DNA of 64,000 nucleotides from the human T2T-CHM13v2.0 reference genome, Homo sapiens. Below the pieces are notes generated by a model. It searched no databases. It was not told the origin of the DNA and saw only the letters and a list, made by a program, of their open reading frames with translations. The stretch is taken from NCBI RefSeq assembly GCF_009914755.1, contig NC_060928.1; one strand, written 5' to 3'. Below, one piece after another: positions 13,058 through 25,730 of the stretch (position 1 is its first letter; every line of letters starts with the position of its first letter). The position numbers and the translations under genes are program-made.

Positions 13058-13826
13058 GTAGAATTAAATTACTTTTTGTTTTCTTGTATTGAAACCTATA
13101 CATTTTGGCTATAATAAATTCCAGAGTAATGTATTACATAATTCCTAACATTATAGTCATTTAAGATGAGCTCATTTGCAATGCCCAATGGATTTTTTTT
13201 CCCTCAGTTTATAAATTTGGAAGAATGGTGGTTTTAAAAAATGTTATACTTACAATAAATAGTATTAAATTTATAACTATAAGAAGCCTTTTAAAAATAC
13301 ATTTACTTTTAATTCAGATAAATATACAAAGAATTTTTTATATTACAATTTGTTCTAACTAAATTTGGTTATATGACATTAGTACAGAGAAGAGGGCTTT
13401 GAAAACATGAAAAACTAATATCTTCCTGATTTATTTTTTCATTGTATTAACACAGGTCTTGATTACCTTTTTGGTTGCTACCTTGTTTTATTTTTAGAGA
13501 CTATATTTTAGGTACTCAGTCGCCTCCTTATGTTGATACATTCTCATATTAAAAGAGTAGGTAATTTTCTGCTGCATAACTCTTCAGGCTACTTCCTCCT
13601 CCTACCCTTTTAACTAAATGAGTGTAAGCCAATAATAAATGGCTAGGACGTAGTTTTCCCTAAAGGAAAGCCAAAAGGGCTTAATACATTGTTAAATTTC
13701 ACTGACTCAACAGGTATTGCTTTACTTGGTAGATATTTCAGACATCTGTGCATTTTGTATGGGTATCAGTCTCTCCTGTCCTTGTTACATGGATGCATCT
13801 CAATTCTTTTCTCATCCTGTTGTTAG

Positions 13827-13949
13827 GTGGCAGTGGCAATCAGCTGAGATCTTTTGGCTCCGGGCAGTTGGACTTAACCAGTTCCTCCTCTTCTCTTGGA
13901 AGTGAGAACAGTAACAAGAATAACAATGCACCACGGACCTATGGGATAG
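13827..13949 (+). CDS. RAPGEF2: Candidate alternative cassette exon of RAPGEF2 (GSGNQLRSFGSGQLDLTSSSSSLGSENSNKNNNAPRTYGI)
   Basis: pyrimidine tract plus gttag acceptor, AG|gtgggg donor; 123 nt, phase 1-1, open in the correct frame; absent from the canonical sequence I recall. Confidence 0.65.
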
Positions 13950-14428
13950 GTGGGGTTTATAGAACCAAAAATGGGGTGGGAAAGAGAGGAATCATCTCAT
14001 TAGTTAATGAAAATGGGAGAATTCCTCCAAATGTCAAGTGCTCCATCTGAGTGATTTATTTTTCTGAAACTTTTTTTTTTTTAAGCAGACTGTTCAGGGA
14101 GGGCTTTAAATCTTATCTGTCAGAACTTGCAGTGTGGTTTTATAAAAAGACATTTTATAAATGAACACATTAAATCTTATCAAGACCTGTGCAGCCTTTA
14201 AAAAATAAATCAGGAATTACCAATATGCTGAAAGAACATACTTAAACTGGCAACATTTAGATGCTCTAGATTTTAATTTTTCTTAGGTAAGTGGCATTGA
14301 AGAAATTTGCATTGCATATAAGATAAAGTCAATATTTAAGTAACATGAGATCCCTAGTAATGTAGACAAGAAAAAATGAATATTGAGAAAGAAGATTTGG
14401 ATTTTTTTCATTAAAAATACCAAGATAG

Positions 14429-14907
<479 letters not shown>

Positions 14908-15452
14908 TTAATATTGAAAAACCAAATGGCAAAAATTCAAAGACATCTTCAGGTCTTATTTCTTATTCTTTTTGTTTATATGTTTACTTAAAATTGTAGG
15001 TAGGATACAGGTATTTCCAGTTGAATTAGTCTATGCCATACAAGTTCTAAAAATTGAAAACTGTTGAAAACAAGATCAGTGGCTTTGCATTTTGAAAAAA
15101 ACATACTTTAAAATCTGATCCGTTATTCTTCATGGTTTCTTTTCTGTAGACTAATAGTGTAATTATATAGGTAAGGGAGCTAAGAATAGTTGAGTGGTGC
15201 CTTTTCTGCATCTTTTCCTAGCTTGTAGGATACTTTCTTTTTTCCTCTCTAAACTTCGATTAAACAACTTAAGCTTCATTAGAATAAAACATTTGTCTCT
15301 TAGTCATGTGGTCTCTACAAGTGAAATGGGGTTTTTCTCCCCACTTAAGAGATATCTATGCCTGCATTTTATTTTTGCTTCTATTTGGTAGACTTCCCTT
15401 TGATGTTATAAACCTAGAGAGTCTAATTAATACGGTTGTATTTCTCATGCAG

Positions 15453-15678
15453 GCTATACTTTGGCTCCCAGTGGTACTGTGGATAATTTTTCAGATTCTG
15501 GTCACAGTGAAATTTCTTCACGATCCAGTATTGTTAGCAATTCGTCTTTTGACTCAGTGCCAGTCTCACTGCACGATGAGAGGCGCCAGAGGCATTCTGT
15601 CAGCATCGTGGAAACAAACCTAGGGATGGGCAGGATGGAGAGGCGGACCATGATTGAACCTGATCAGTATAGCTTGGG
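15453..15678 (+). CDS. RAPGEF2: RAPGEF2 exon ([22 protein letters not shown]...DQYSLG)
   Basis: atgcag acceptor, GG|gtaggt donor; 226 nt. Confidence 0.96.
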
Positions 15679-16255
15679 GTAGGTGGCTCTTTTTAATATT
15701 CTTCTGAATTTATCCTTCCATCTCTGTTTTAATAATGAGTCTTTTCTTCCAGTGTTTGTTTTTATTTATTTTACATAATGCCTAAGAATTTTTCTCCCAT
15801 CCCAGTTCTGATTTTCACAATTTCTACACTAAGTATCATGTTATTTTTGTTAAGCAGACTGCTTTTTTAGTTAAGTTTATTCTTCATTGGAACACAGTTG
15901 TTCTGTGCTGAAGGCAGAGGGTGACTGTAGGATCCATCCCAGTTGTTTCGTATGAGCTGCCTTCCTGAAATAATCAAATTATATTGAGCCACCCTTAATG
16001 TTGTCGGGGAATTTTTTTTTTTTTTAATGGCACGTTGCGTTCTTTTCCCGCATGCCTGTTTTATAGTAATGATAAAGTCAGAAGGCTAGACATGGCAGAA
16101 CTGGCCAATATAAGGCAATTCAGTGCTACTTTTATCCTGTTTCTGGGATGAAAGCAAGCTACCTTTCTAGGAAAAAGGGTATTTTGGTTTTATCATAGGT
16201 GAATTAGTTATCAATCTTGTTTTTTTTTTCTTTTCCATTTCTTTTAACCACTTAG

Positions 16256-16815
16256 GTCCTATGCACCAATGTCCGAGGGCCGAGGCTTATATGCTACAGC
16301 TACAGTAATTTCTTCTCCAAGCACAGAGGAACTTTCCCAGGATCAGGGGGATCGCGCGTCACTTGATGCTGCTGACAGTGGCCGTGGGAGCTGGACGTCA
16401 TGCTCAAGTGGCTCCCATGATAATATACAGACGATCCAGCACCAGAGAAGCTGGGAGACTCTTCCATTCGGGCATACTCACTTTGATTATTCAGGGGATC
16501 CTGCAGGTTTATGGGCATCAAGCAGCCATATGGACCAAATTATGTTTTCTGATCATAGCACAAAGTATAACAGGCAAAATCAAAGTAGAGAGAGCCTTGA
16601 ACAAGCCCAGTCCCGAGCAAGCTGGGCGTCTTCCACAGGTTACTGGGGAGAAGACTCAGAAGGTGACACAGGCACAATAAAGCGGAGGGGTGGAAAGGAT
16701 GTTTCCATTGAAGCCGAAAGCAGTAGCCTAACGTCTGTGACTACGGAAGAAACCAAGCCTGTCCCCATGCCTGCCCACATAGCTGTGGCATCAAGTACTA
16801 CAAAGGGGCTCATTG
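16256..16815 (+). CDS. RAPGEF2: RAPGEF2 exon ([10 protein letters not shown]...STTKGLI), includes the DSGRGS betaTrCP degron at 16374-16391
   Basis: long T tract plus cttag acceptor, G|gtaagt donor; 560 nt. Confidence 0.97.
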
Positions 16816-17324
16816 GTAAGTTTTAAAATTGGGGGACTTTGTCATGTCTGGATCATGTCTTTAATGTAACTTATTACAATAGTAAAATTATGTGTTTGTT
16901 GGTTCTTTTCCTCATTTTCTCCATTGCTATGTAGGACTTCCAAATTAGTGGTGTGTTAAGGTCTTTGAAATCAATAGTGGTTAAGAGCCCAGGTTTTGTG
17001 GTCAGGTACCTACAGATCTGTTCCTATATAACAAAACATTCAATAAATCTTAGCTATCAGGATGAGTAGATTGTCATTGTGAATATTATCTAGTCTAATT
17101 TTTTTCTCTTAACCTGAAAATCAGGATGGATTCCTATTATTCATAGAGGAGAAATTTTTCTTTAATTGAAACTCTTTTATATCTTTGATTCTTCTATTTT
17201 GTTCTCTTGATTGTATTTAGAACTATACGCTTTGTATACTTAAAAGTCTCCCATTGATTTTTATTCTGCACGCACATTGTTGATAAGCAATTCTTTGTGC
17301 ACGCTGTAGAAGGAGGGAGAGGTG

Positions 17325-17580
17325 CTAATAGTGTAATGACTAAGAGCACGGGTTTAGGAGTCAGGCGGACTGGGGATTGAATCCCTGTTTTGCCACTTTA
17401 TTAGTTTTGTGACATTGGGTAAAATACAAAACAGTGCCTGTTTCCTCATCTGTAAAATGAGCTTCATAATTTCTACTTAATGGAGTTAGTGTGAGGATTC
17501 AAGGAAATTTATGCAAAGTATTTAGAACAGTGCCCAGATAGTAGATTCACTAAGTACATGAAAGCTATTGCTGCTGCTGT
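17325..17580 (+). mobile_element. MIR SINE, near full length
   Basis: taagagcacgg...ggagtcagg...tttcctcatctgtaaaatga...gtatttagaacagtgcc. Confidence 0.85.
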
Positions 17581-18621
17581 TCCTGTTAGAAGAGGCTCTC
17601 ATGCGCCCTCAGTCCTGTTGAGATGTGTTTTCTATGGCACAATTAACATCTATATAGACGAAGTGTAGGAACAGATGATAGGTTGTAGAGTGAGAAATTC
17701 TGGAGTATAATCATTACGGACATTACTTTTATTAGTAGGAAAATTGTAGTTATTTAGCCATGTAAATAGTCATGGGTAGATTTCAAGTTTAATATCCTTT
17801 TACAATGAATAAGGAGAAAACAGTTAATAAATATTCTTAGGTTGGACTTTTTCAAGTGCTTACAACTAATACTCAGAATTTTTATTGCAAAGGAAGGAAG
17901 AATGATTTTTAGTTCCTAACAATTGAGTTTTAAAAGTTCAGGAAAATGAAACTTTAGTTTTACTGGCCTATACAGGTTTCATATTCTAGGTCATGAGCAT
18001 CAATAAAGGGATTTTAAGAAAAATAGACACCTTATAGTAATAGTTTTAGAATTTTTAAATTGGTATCCTTTGTGCGACTTTTCCAAATTTATTTTAATTC
18101 ACTGTTTCTGTAAGTGAAGTCTTGAGACCCGAGAGTGATGTAGAATTGCTTCTCTGCCTGGTAAAGATAAATGCCCAGAAAGAGGGCAGATCCGGCAGGC
18201 AGAGAGGAAAAAGGGAACTTGTACCAAGCACAAACAGGTTCTAGGCATAGTGCTGTGTACTTAGGTTCTTCCTGTGCTTCAGTCTTTCCAATAAATCCAG
18301 GGGTTAGGTTTTAATCTTACTATTTTATAGTTACAGACCATTTTAAATGGACAAGCAGCCCATTTAAAGATAAAAGTACTTAGATGGACTAGCAGCTTCT
18401 CTCACCAATTATTTCACCACACAAAGATAACATCATTGTGAAATTTGGTTTAGTTAACATGCATTCCCTGGCCTGCCTCACACCGCACCTCTAACCGATA
18501 CCATGCAAATGCACATCTGCTGCTACACTGTGGATGCTGTTTTAGTAATTATTTTTATATTTTTAATAAACTTTTGTGGCATGAACTAGTTTTTAATGCT
18601 GGTGCATTGTTTCTACTCTAG

Positions 18622-18927
18622 CACGAAAGGAGGGCAGGTATCGAGAGCCCCCGCCCACCCCTCCCGGCTACATTGGAATTCCCATTACTGACTTTCCAGA
18701 AGGGCACTCCCATCCAGCCAGGAAACCGCCGGACTACAACGTGGCCCTTCAGAGATCGCGGATGGTCGCACGATCCTCCGACACAGCTGGGCCTTCATCC
18801 GTACAGCAGCCACATGGGCATCCCACCAGCAGCAGGCCTGTGAACAAACCTCAGTGGCATAAACCGAACGAGTCTGACCCGCGCCTCGCCCCTTATCAGT
18901 CCCAAGGGTTTTCCACCGAGGAGGATG
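18622..18927 (+). CDS. RAPGEF2: RAPGEF2 penultimate exon ([17 protein letters not shown]...RKPPDY...STEED), two PY motifs
   Basis: ctctag acceptor, G|gtatat donor; 306 nt, phase 1-1; PPGY 18660-18671, PPDY 18726-18737. Confidence 0.96.
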
Positions 18928-19088
18928 GTATATGCACATAAATATTCCTAAAACCTCCAAGTTAGATGTGTTCACTTGTGCTGCTTCCCAAGGCATTTCT
19001 GTTCTCTTAACACTGCAGTCAGCTATGTCTAACCATATACTACACAAAGTACACTACATTCAGAGTTCCAAATTTAGGGTTACAGCTG

Positions 19089-19695
<607 letters not shown>

Positions 19696-19847
19696 TCACA
19701 AGTTTGTGCTGTTGTCAAGAATTTTAGAAGCATGTAGGATTCTCAAAGGTGGATGGTTAAAGTTTTCTGTGGAAACATTATATTTGCGCTTTTAATGAAT
19801 TGGGACTCATTTGGAAATGAAAGTCTGATAAAGAAAGATACATTATC

Positions 19848-20140
<293 letters not shown>

Positions 20141-20334
20141 GAGAGAGAAGGGGAGGGAGAAAGGGAAGGAAGGAAGGAACCCACATTCTTTATAACTCTT
20201 TATGCGTTCTTTCTACAAATCTATCTGACCATGCTGAATTGAGAATGAGGAAGGAGATCATGGCCTCCCATCTTCTTTAAAGTTTTCAGTTTAACATGTT
20301 TGATTACACAATCATAGAAAAAAGCAACACGTGA

Positions 20335-20450
20335 CTGGGAGATTGGGAGGCCGAGGCAGGAGAATCGCTTGAGCCCGGGAGGCGGAGGTTGCAGTGAGCC
20401 GAGAACACTGCACTGTGGATGGCAAACCCACACCCTGTCTCAAAAAAGTT
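20335..20450 (+). mobile_element. 5'-truncated Alu right arm
   Basis: gggaggccgaggcaggagaatcgcttgagcccggg. Confidence 0.85.
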
Positions 20451-20882
20451 AAATTAAATTAAATAAATAGAAAAACATTACAAATGAAAATTACTTAAAA
20501 TCCTGTCACTTGCAGATAGCCACTATTAAAATGTTGTTATATATTCTAGACTTTTTATGTGTATCTGATCGTATATTTTTTTTAAATGGCACATGCTATT
20601 TTACAACTTTTTAAAATGAATTTAACAACTTTCTGAACAAAAATATATAATGCATATCTTTTTAATATTGTGTGTATATATGTAAAGATATGTATTGCAT
20701 ACATTTTAACCTTTTTGTTGTTCGTCATTGTTTAGGAAAAAAAGACAAGGATTCTAAGTGAGCTATACTAAAAAGAATAACTATGATAGTTTTATTTAGC
20801 ACATCAGTGAATATATTCTCTATAGCACAAGAAATTACTTGCTTGCTCATTGATTTCTTTTTCTTCCCTGCTGTATTTGCAG

Positions 20883-20908
20883 AAGATGAACAAGTTTCTG
20901 CTGTTTGA
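20883..20908 (+). CDS. RAPGEF2: RAPGEF2 last coding segment EDEQVSAV* (class I PDZ-binding motif)
   Basis: tttgcag acceptor; AA GAT GAA CAA GTT TCT GCT GTT TGA. Confidence 0.95.
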
Positions 20909-22920
20909 GGCACAGACTTTTCTGGAAGCAGAGCGAGCCACCTGAAAGGAGAGCACAAGAAGACGTCCTGAGCATTGGAGCCTTGGAACTCACATTCTGA
21001 GGACGGTGGACCAGTTTGCCTCCTTCCCTGCCTTAAAAGCAGCATGGGGCTTCTTCTCCCCTTCTTCCTTTCCCCTTTGCATGTGAAATACTGTGAAGAA
21101 ATTGCCCTGGCACTTTTCAGACTTTGTTGCTTGAAATGCACAGTGCAGCAATCTTCGAGCTCCCACTGTTGCTGCCTGCCACATCACACAGTATCATTCC
21201 AAATTCCAAGATCATCACAACAAGATGATTCACTCTGGCTGCACTTCTCAATGCCTGGAAGGATTTTTTTTAATCTTCCTTTTAGATTTCAATCCAGTCC
21301 TAGCACTTGATCTCATTGGGATAATGAGAAAAGCTAGCCATTGAACTACTTGGGGCCTTTAACCCACCAAGGAAGACAAAGAAAAACAATGAAATCCTTT
21401 GAGTACAGTGCTTGTCCACTTGTTTACAATGTCCTCCTTTTAAAAAAAAAAATGAGTTTAAAGATTTTGTTCAGAGAGTAAATATATATCCATTTAATGA
21501 TTACAGTATTATTTTAAACCTTAAGTAGGGTTGCCAGCCTGGTTTCTGAAAAACCAAATATGCCGGACAGGGTGTGGCCACACCAAGAAGACGGGAAGAC
21601 CTGGCTTGTGACCCTGGCTTCCCATGTCCTTCTGGTCTCACCCGCGAAGTGCCCTATCCTGGAAGTATGAAATGTTAGCCAATTAATACCAAGACACCTC
21701 ATCTGCTCCTTCCCCAGTGGATGGGGTTCTTCTGTAAAACTGTTTGCACATGGCCAGGGGAGGGAACTAGGACCCTTGTGTCCTGTCTGAGCCTTATGGA
21801 GGCAGGACGGTGTCATTGGCGGATGTGTCCTGCTCCATTGAGATGGATGGCAAACCCCATTTTTAAGTTATATTTCTTTGATTTTTGTTAATTTAGAGGT
21901 GTAGGTTTTGTTTTTTGTTTTTTGTTTTTTTTTAAGAGAAACATTTATAACTGGATAGCATTGCAGTGAAAGCAGCTTGGGATGTTGGAGCTAATGCCAG
22001 CTGTTTATACTGCTCTTTCAAGACAGCCTCCCTTTATTGAATTGGCATTAGGGAATAAACAAGCCTTTAAACGTGATAAAAGATCAAAAACCTGGTTAGA
22101 CATGCCAGCCTTTGCAAGGCAGGTTAGTCACCAAAGACTAACCTCCAAGTGGCTTTATGGACGCTGCATATAGAGAAGGCCTAAGTGTAGCAACCATCTG
22201 CTCACAGCTGCTATTAACCCTATAATGACTGAAATGACCCCTCCACTCTATTTTTGTGTTGTTTTGCACAGACTCCGGAAAAGTGAAGGCTGCCAATCTG
22301 AGTAGTACTCAAATGTGAGGAACTGCTGGTCTTGGATTTTTTTTCCATTAAATTCAGCTGATCATATTGATCAGTAGATAAACGTAAATAGCTTCAAATT
22401 TTAAAAGTGGAATTGCAGTGTTTTTTCACTGTATCAAACAATGTCAGTGCTTTATTTAATAATTCTCTTCTGTATCATGGCATTTGTCTACTTGCTTATT
22501 ACATTGTCAATTATGCATTTGTAATTTTACATGTAATATGCATTATTTGCCAGTTTTATTATATAGGCTATGGACCTCATGTGCATATAGAAAGACAGAA
22601 ATCTAGCTCTACCACAAGTTGCACAAATGTTATCTAAGCATTAAGTAATTGTAGAACATAGGACTGCTAATCTCAGTTCGCTCTGTGATGTCAAGTGCAG
22701 AATGTACAATTAACTGGTGATTTCCTCATACTTTTGATACTACTTGTACCTGTATGTCTTTTAGAAAGACATTGGTGGAGTCTGTATCCCTTTTGTATTT
22801 TTAATACAATAATTGTACATATTGGTTATATTTTTGTTGAAGATGGTAGAAATGTACTATGTTTATGCTTCTACATCCAGTTTGTACAAGCTGGAAAATA
22901 AATAAATATAACATAAAGCC
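20909..22920 (+). other. RAPGEF2: RAPGEF2 3'UTR (~2 kb)
   Basis: follows the stop codon, no recognisable interspersed repeat, AU-rich distal part with TGTA motifs; 3' end inferred from the poly(A) signal. Confidence 0.85.
22897..22906 (+). terminator. Polyadenylation signal (two overlapping AATAAA)
   Basis: AATAAATAAA with upstream TGTA elements and downstream T-rich sequence. Confidence 0.85.
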
Positions 22921-24828
22921 TTGCCTATATTCTTAATGAATCATGCATGCTTTTTATTATTAAATTGGAATAGAAGCCTTTCGTCTCCTGCAGAAGCAAG
23001 TCCTTCGGCTGGAGAGATTTAGCCTCATGATTATTGGAAACTGCCCAATAGCCTATTTATTTTAGGCAGATCTCTGTTGATCCAAAGCAATTAATATCAT
23101 TAACGTTAGCACCAGCCAAACCATGTTCAGAATTCAGTGTTTCTTGAAAATGAAGATGCTGTCACAATATATTTGCATAACATTTGTCTCTTCTCAACCG
23201 TTTCCAACAATAATCTTTATGGTACGTAATATTTTGGTTCCCAGTATACATACTGAGAGACAGGACCTCAGAGAAACTGACATTCAAGGTCATGATTATT
23301 AAGTGGAGAGTACAATTTAGCTAGTGATTCTGGACTTCTAACTAGTACACAATATGAGTGCTGATGTGTGGTAAGTCTGAATAATACTTTAGTCTATCAG
23401 AAGGGCACTTAATTTTAAAAGGTAAAAACCAGTAAGTAGCAGCCTGCTTACGCACATGTTTAAATGAGTGACTCATTTCTTTTCCTCAAGCAAGCATAAC
23501 TAAAAGTATTAGCCATCAGCCACTGAGAAGTCTCAGAAGTCAGAGTGGAAGCAACTGGAAGCAGAGGCACCAAACACTGGAACATGTGAGGGAGCCTGAA
23601 GAGGAGCGGGAGGAAGGTCCCTCCAGAAGCTAACAGGAAAATGGCCAGGGCTAGGCTTCAAGATCTTTCCAAGGTATTCGTGCCAGCTATTTTGCTGAGA
23701 AATTTTGAAAACCTGGACACCAAAATAGTCGGGAAAATTATTTATTTATTTATTTATTTATTTTTTAACCATTCTAGTAGCTTCAACCACACCTTTTAAA
23801 AAATGAAGAACCTGCGTGTTTGTGTATGTTGTTACATGCTCATCTCTGTTGTCTTTTCACTTTAAAACCCATTCCTCAGGGACTTTCCTAGACTGTCACT
23901 CAGCTTAATTTTCTCAAACTTTTTTTGAAAAAATACTAAGAATCTGATGTTTTGGAGAATAACCTCTTTATCATTACTGTGTGTGTTCTGCTAAAAATAT
24001 GAGACAGTGACAAATAGGGCATGGTTCGTTTTCCTTTTAGGTTTTATTAGACTTTTATGTTTTAGGATACTTCCTCCGTGTAGCACAAGACTGGTCTCCA
24101 CTTAAGGGTTTCCAGAAATAAGTATTTGCCAAGTGTAACAGTTTGCAGGGACAGAGTTTATGTTATGTTAATAATAGAACTTTGCCAAGTTTTAGGGATA
24201 TTGTAGAAGGTTTTGGTGAAGGTCTGATGCTCTCCACCCTAATCAAAGAGGCCACACAGACCGGGGTCTGTGTTTTCATACATACAGGTTGAAGTCCTCA
24301 GAATGTTTTTCTCAGCCTCAATCCATTTCTCTGCTTTTGGGAGGTATAGATTTTATGCTCATCTATGATTTAATATGTTTTACCTTTAGTTCACTGATAA
24401 TATCCCAAAATGAATAATGCAAGCTTCTGAGGATGCATGTATCAACACACCTTTTGGTCTCTGCCTCTCAACGCCAGTGCACTACATTCATGCCAAAGAA
24501 AAATAGGAAACTCTCTTGAGCGCTTTATCCCATGATACCAGCATTCTTTAAAAAAAAAAAAAAAAAAAGGCTTACCTAGAGAATAAACGTAATGCAGCAA
24601 CTGAGGAGTCAAGTTGTTGATTGCAGAGGTAAATTATTTTGTGAAGATTCACTAAGGGTATAATATCAGCAGAGGTTGTTGAAAGGGGCAATAAGACGGA
24701 AACGTGTAAGGCAAACTGCAGCTGAGGCCAACATGACACTTTCAAGAAAGATTTTAAAGTGAGAATTTACCTATTTGAGAGTGAGACGAAAATACTGACT
24801 GGAACTGAAAAATAATTTATGAATTGCC

Positions 24829-25108
24829 TTTTTTTTTGAGACAGAGTCTCACTCTGTTATCCAGGCTGGAGTGCAGTGGCGCAATCTCAGCTCCACCTCC
24901 TGGGTTCAAGCGATTCTCCTGCCTCAGCCTCCTAAGTAGCTGGGACTACAGACGTGCACCACCACACCCGGCTAATTTTTGTGTTTTTAGTAGAGACGGG
25001 GTTTCACCATGTTGGCCAGGCTGGTCTTAAACTCCTGACCTCAAGTGATCCACCCGCCTTGGCCTCCCAAAGTGCTGAGATTACAAGCGTGAGCCACTGT
25101 GCCCGGCC
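24829..25108 (-). mobile_element. AluS
   Basis: reverse consensus with a small internal deletion. Confidence 0.92.
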
Positions 25109-25435
25109 TGAGTTGCATTTTTTAAAAGATTCACATTTTAGCCAAGTACAAGGCAAGCTAGTTGTTACTATGCCATAGCCATATACCAGAAAATTTTATA
25201 GAGGCAATCACGACATTCCATGCAAGGTTAAGAAATGCCAGAAAAGACTTTATTTCATGGGCAATCAAGATGGTAACAATTCTTATGGGAAAAATGTCTA
25301 AGCCTAGAATAAAATATCTGAAATAAATTGAGTCAAATGACCAGCTTTATAAAGACTGAAAGTGAAATCAACTTAATTCAGAGTGTTCAACACCTCAAAA
25401 ATAGAAGTAAGTTTAATACAATTTAAGAAACTTTT

Positions 25436-25730
25436 GGCCAGGAACAGTGGGTCATACCTGTAATCTCAGCATTATGGGAGGCTGAGGCAAGAGGGATTGC
25501 TTGGTGCCAGGAATTCAAGAACCAGCCCAGGCAACAAAGCAAGACCCTATCTCTACAAAAAATAAAAAATACAGCCAGTTGTAAGGGTGTGCACCTGTAG
25601 TCCTAGCTTCTCAGGAGGCTAAAGTAGGAGGATCACTTAAGCCCAGGAGTTCAAGGCTGCAGTGATCTATGATGATGCCACTGCACTCCAGCCTGGGCAA
25701 CAGGACAAGACTCTGTCTCAGAAAAGAAAC
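25436..25730 (+). mobile_element. AluJ
   Basis: diverged consensus. Confidence 0.88.
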
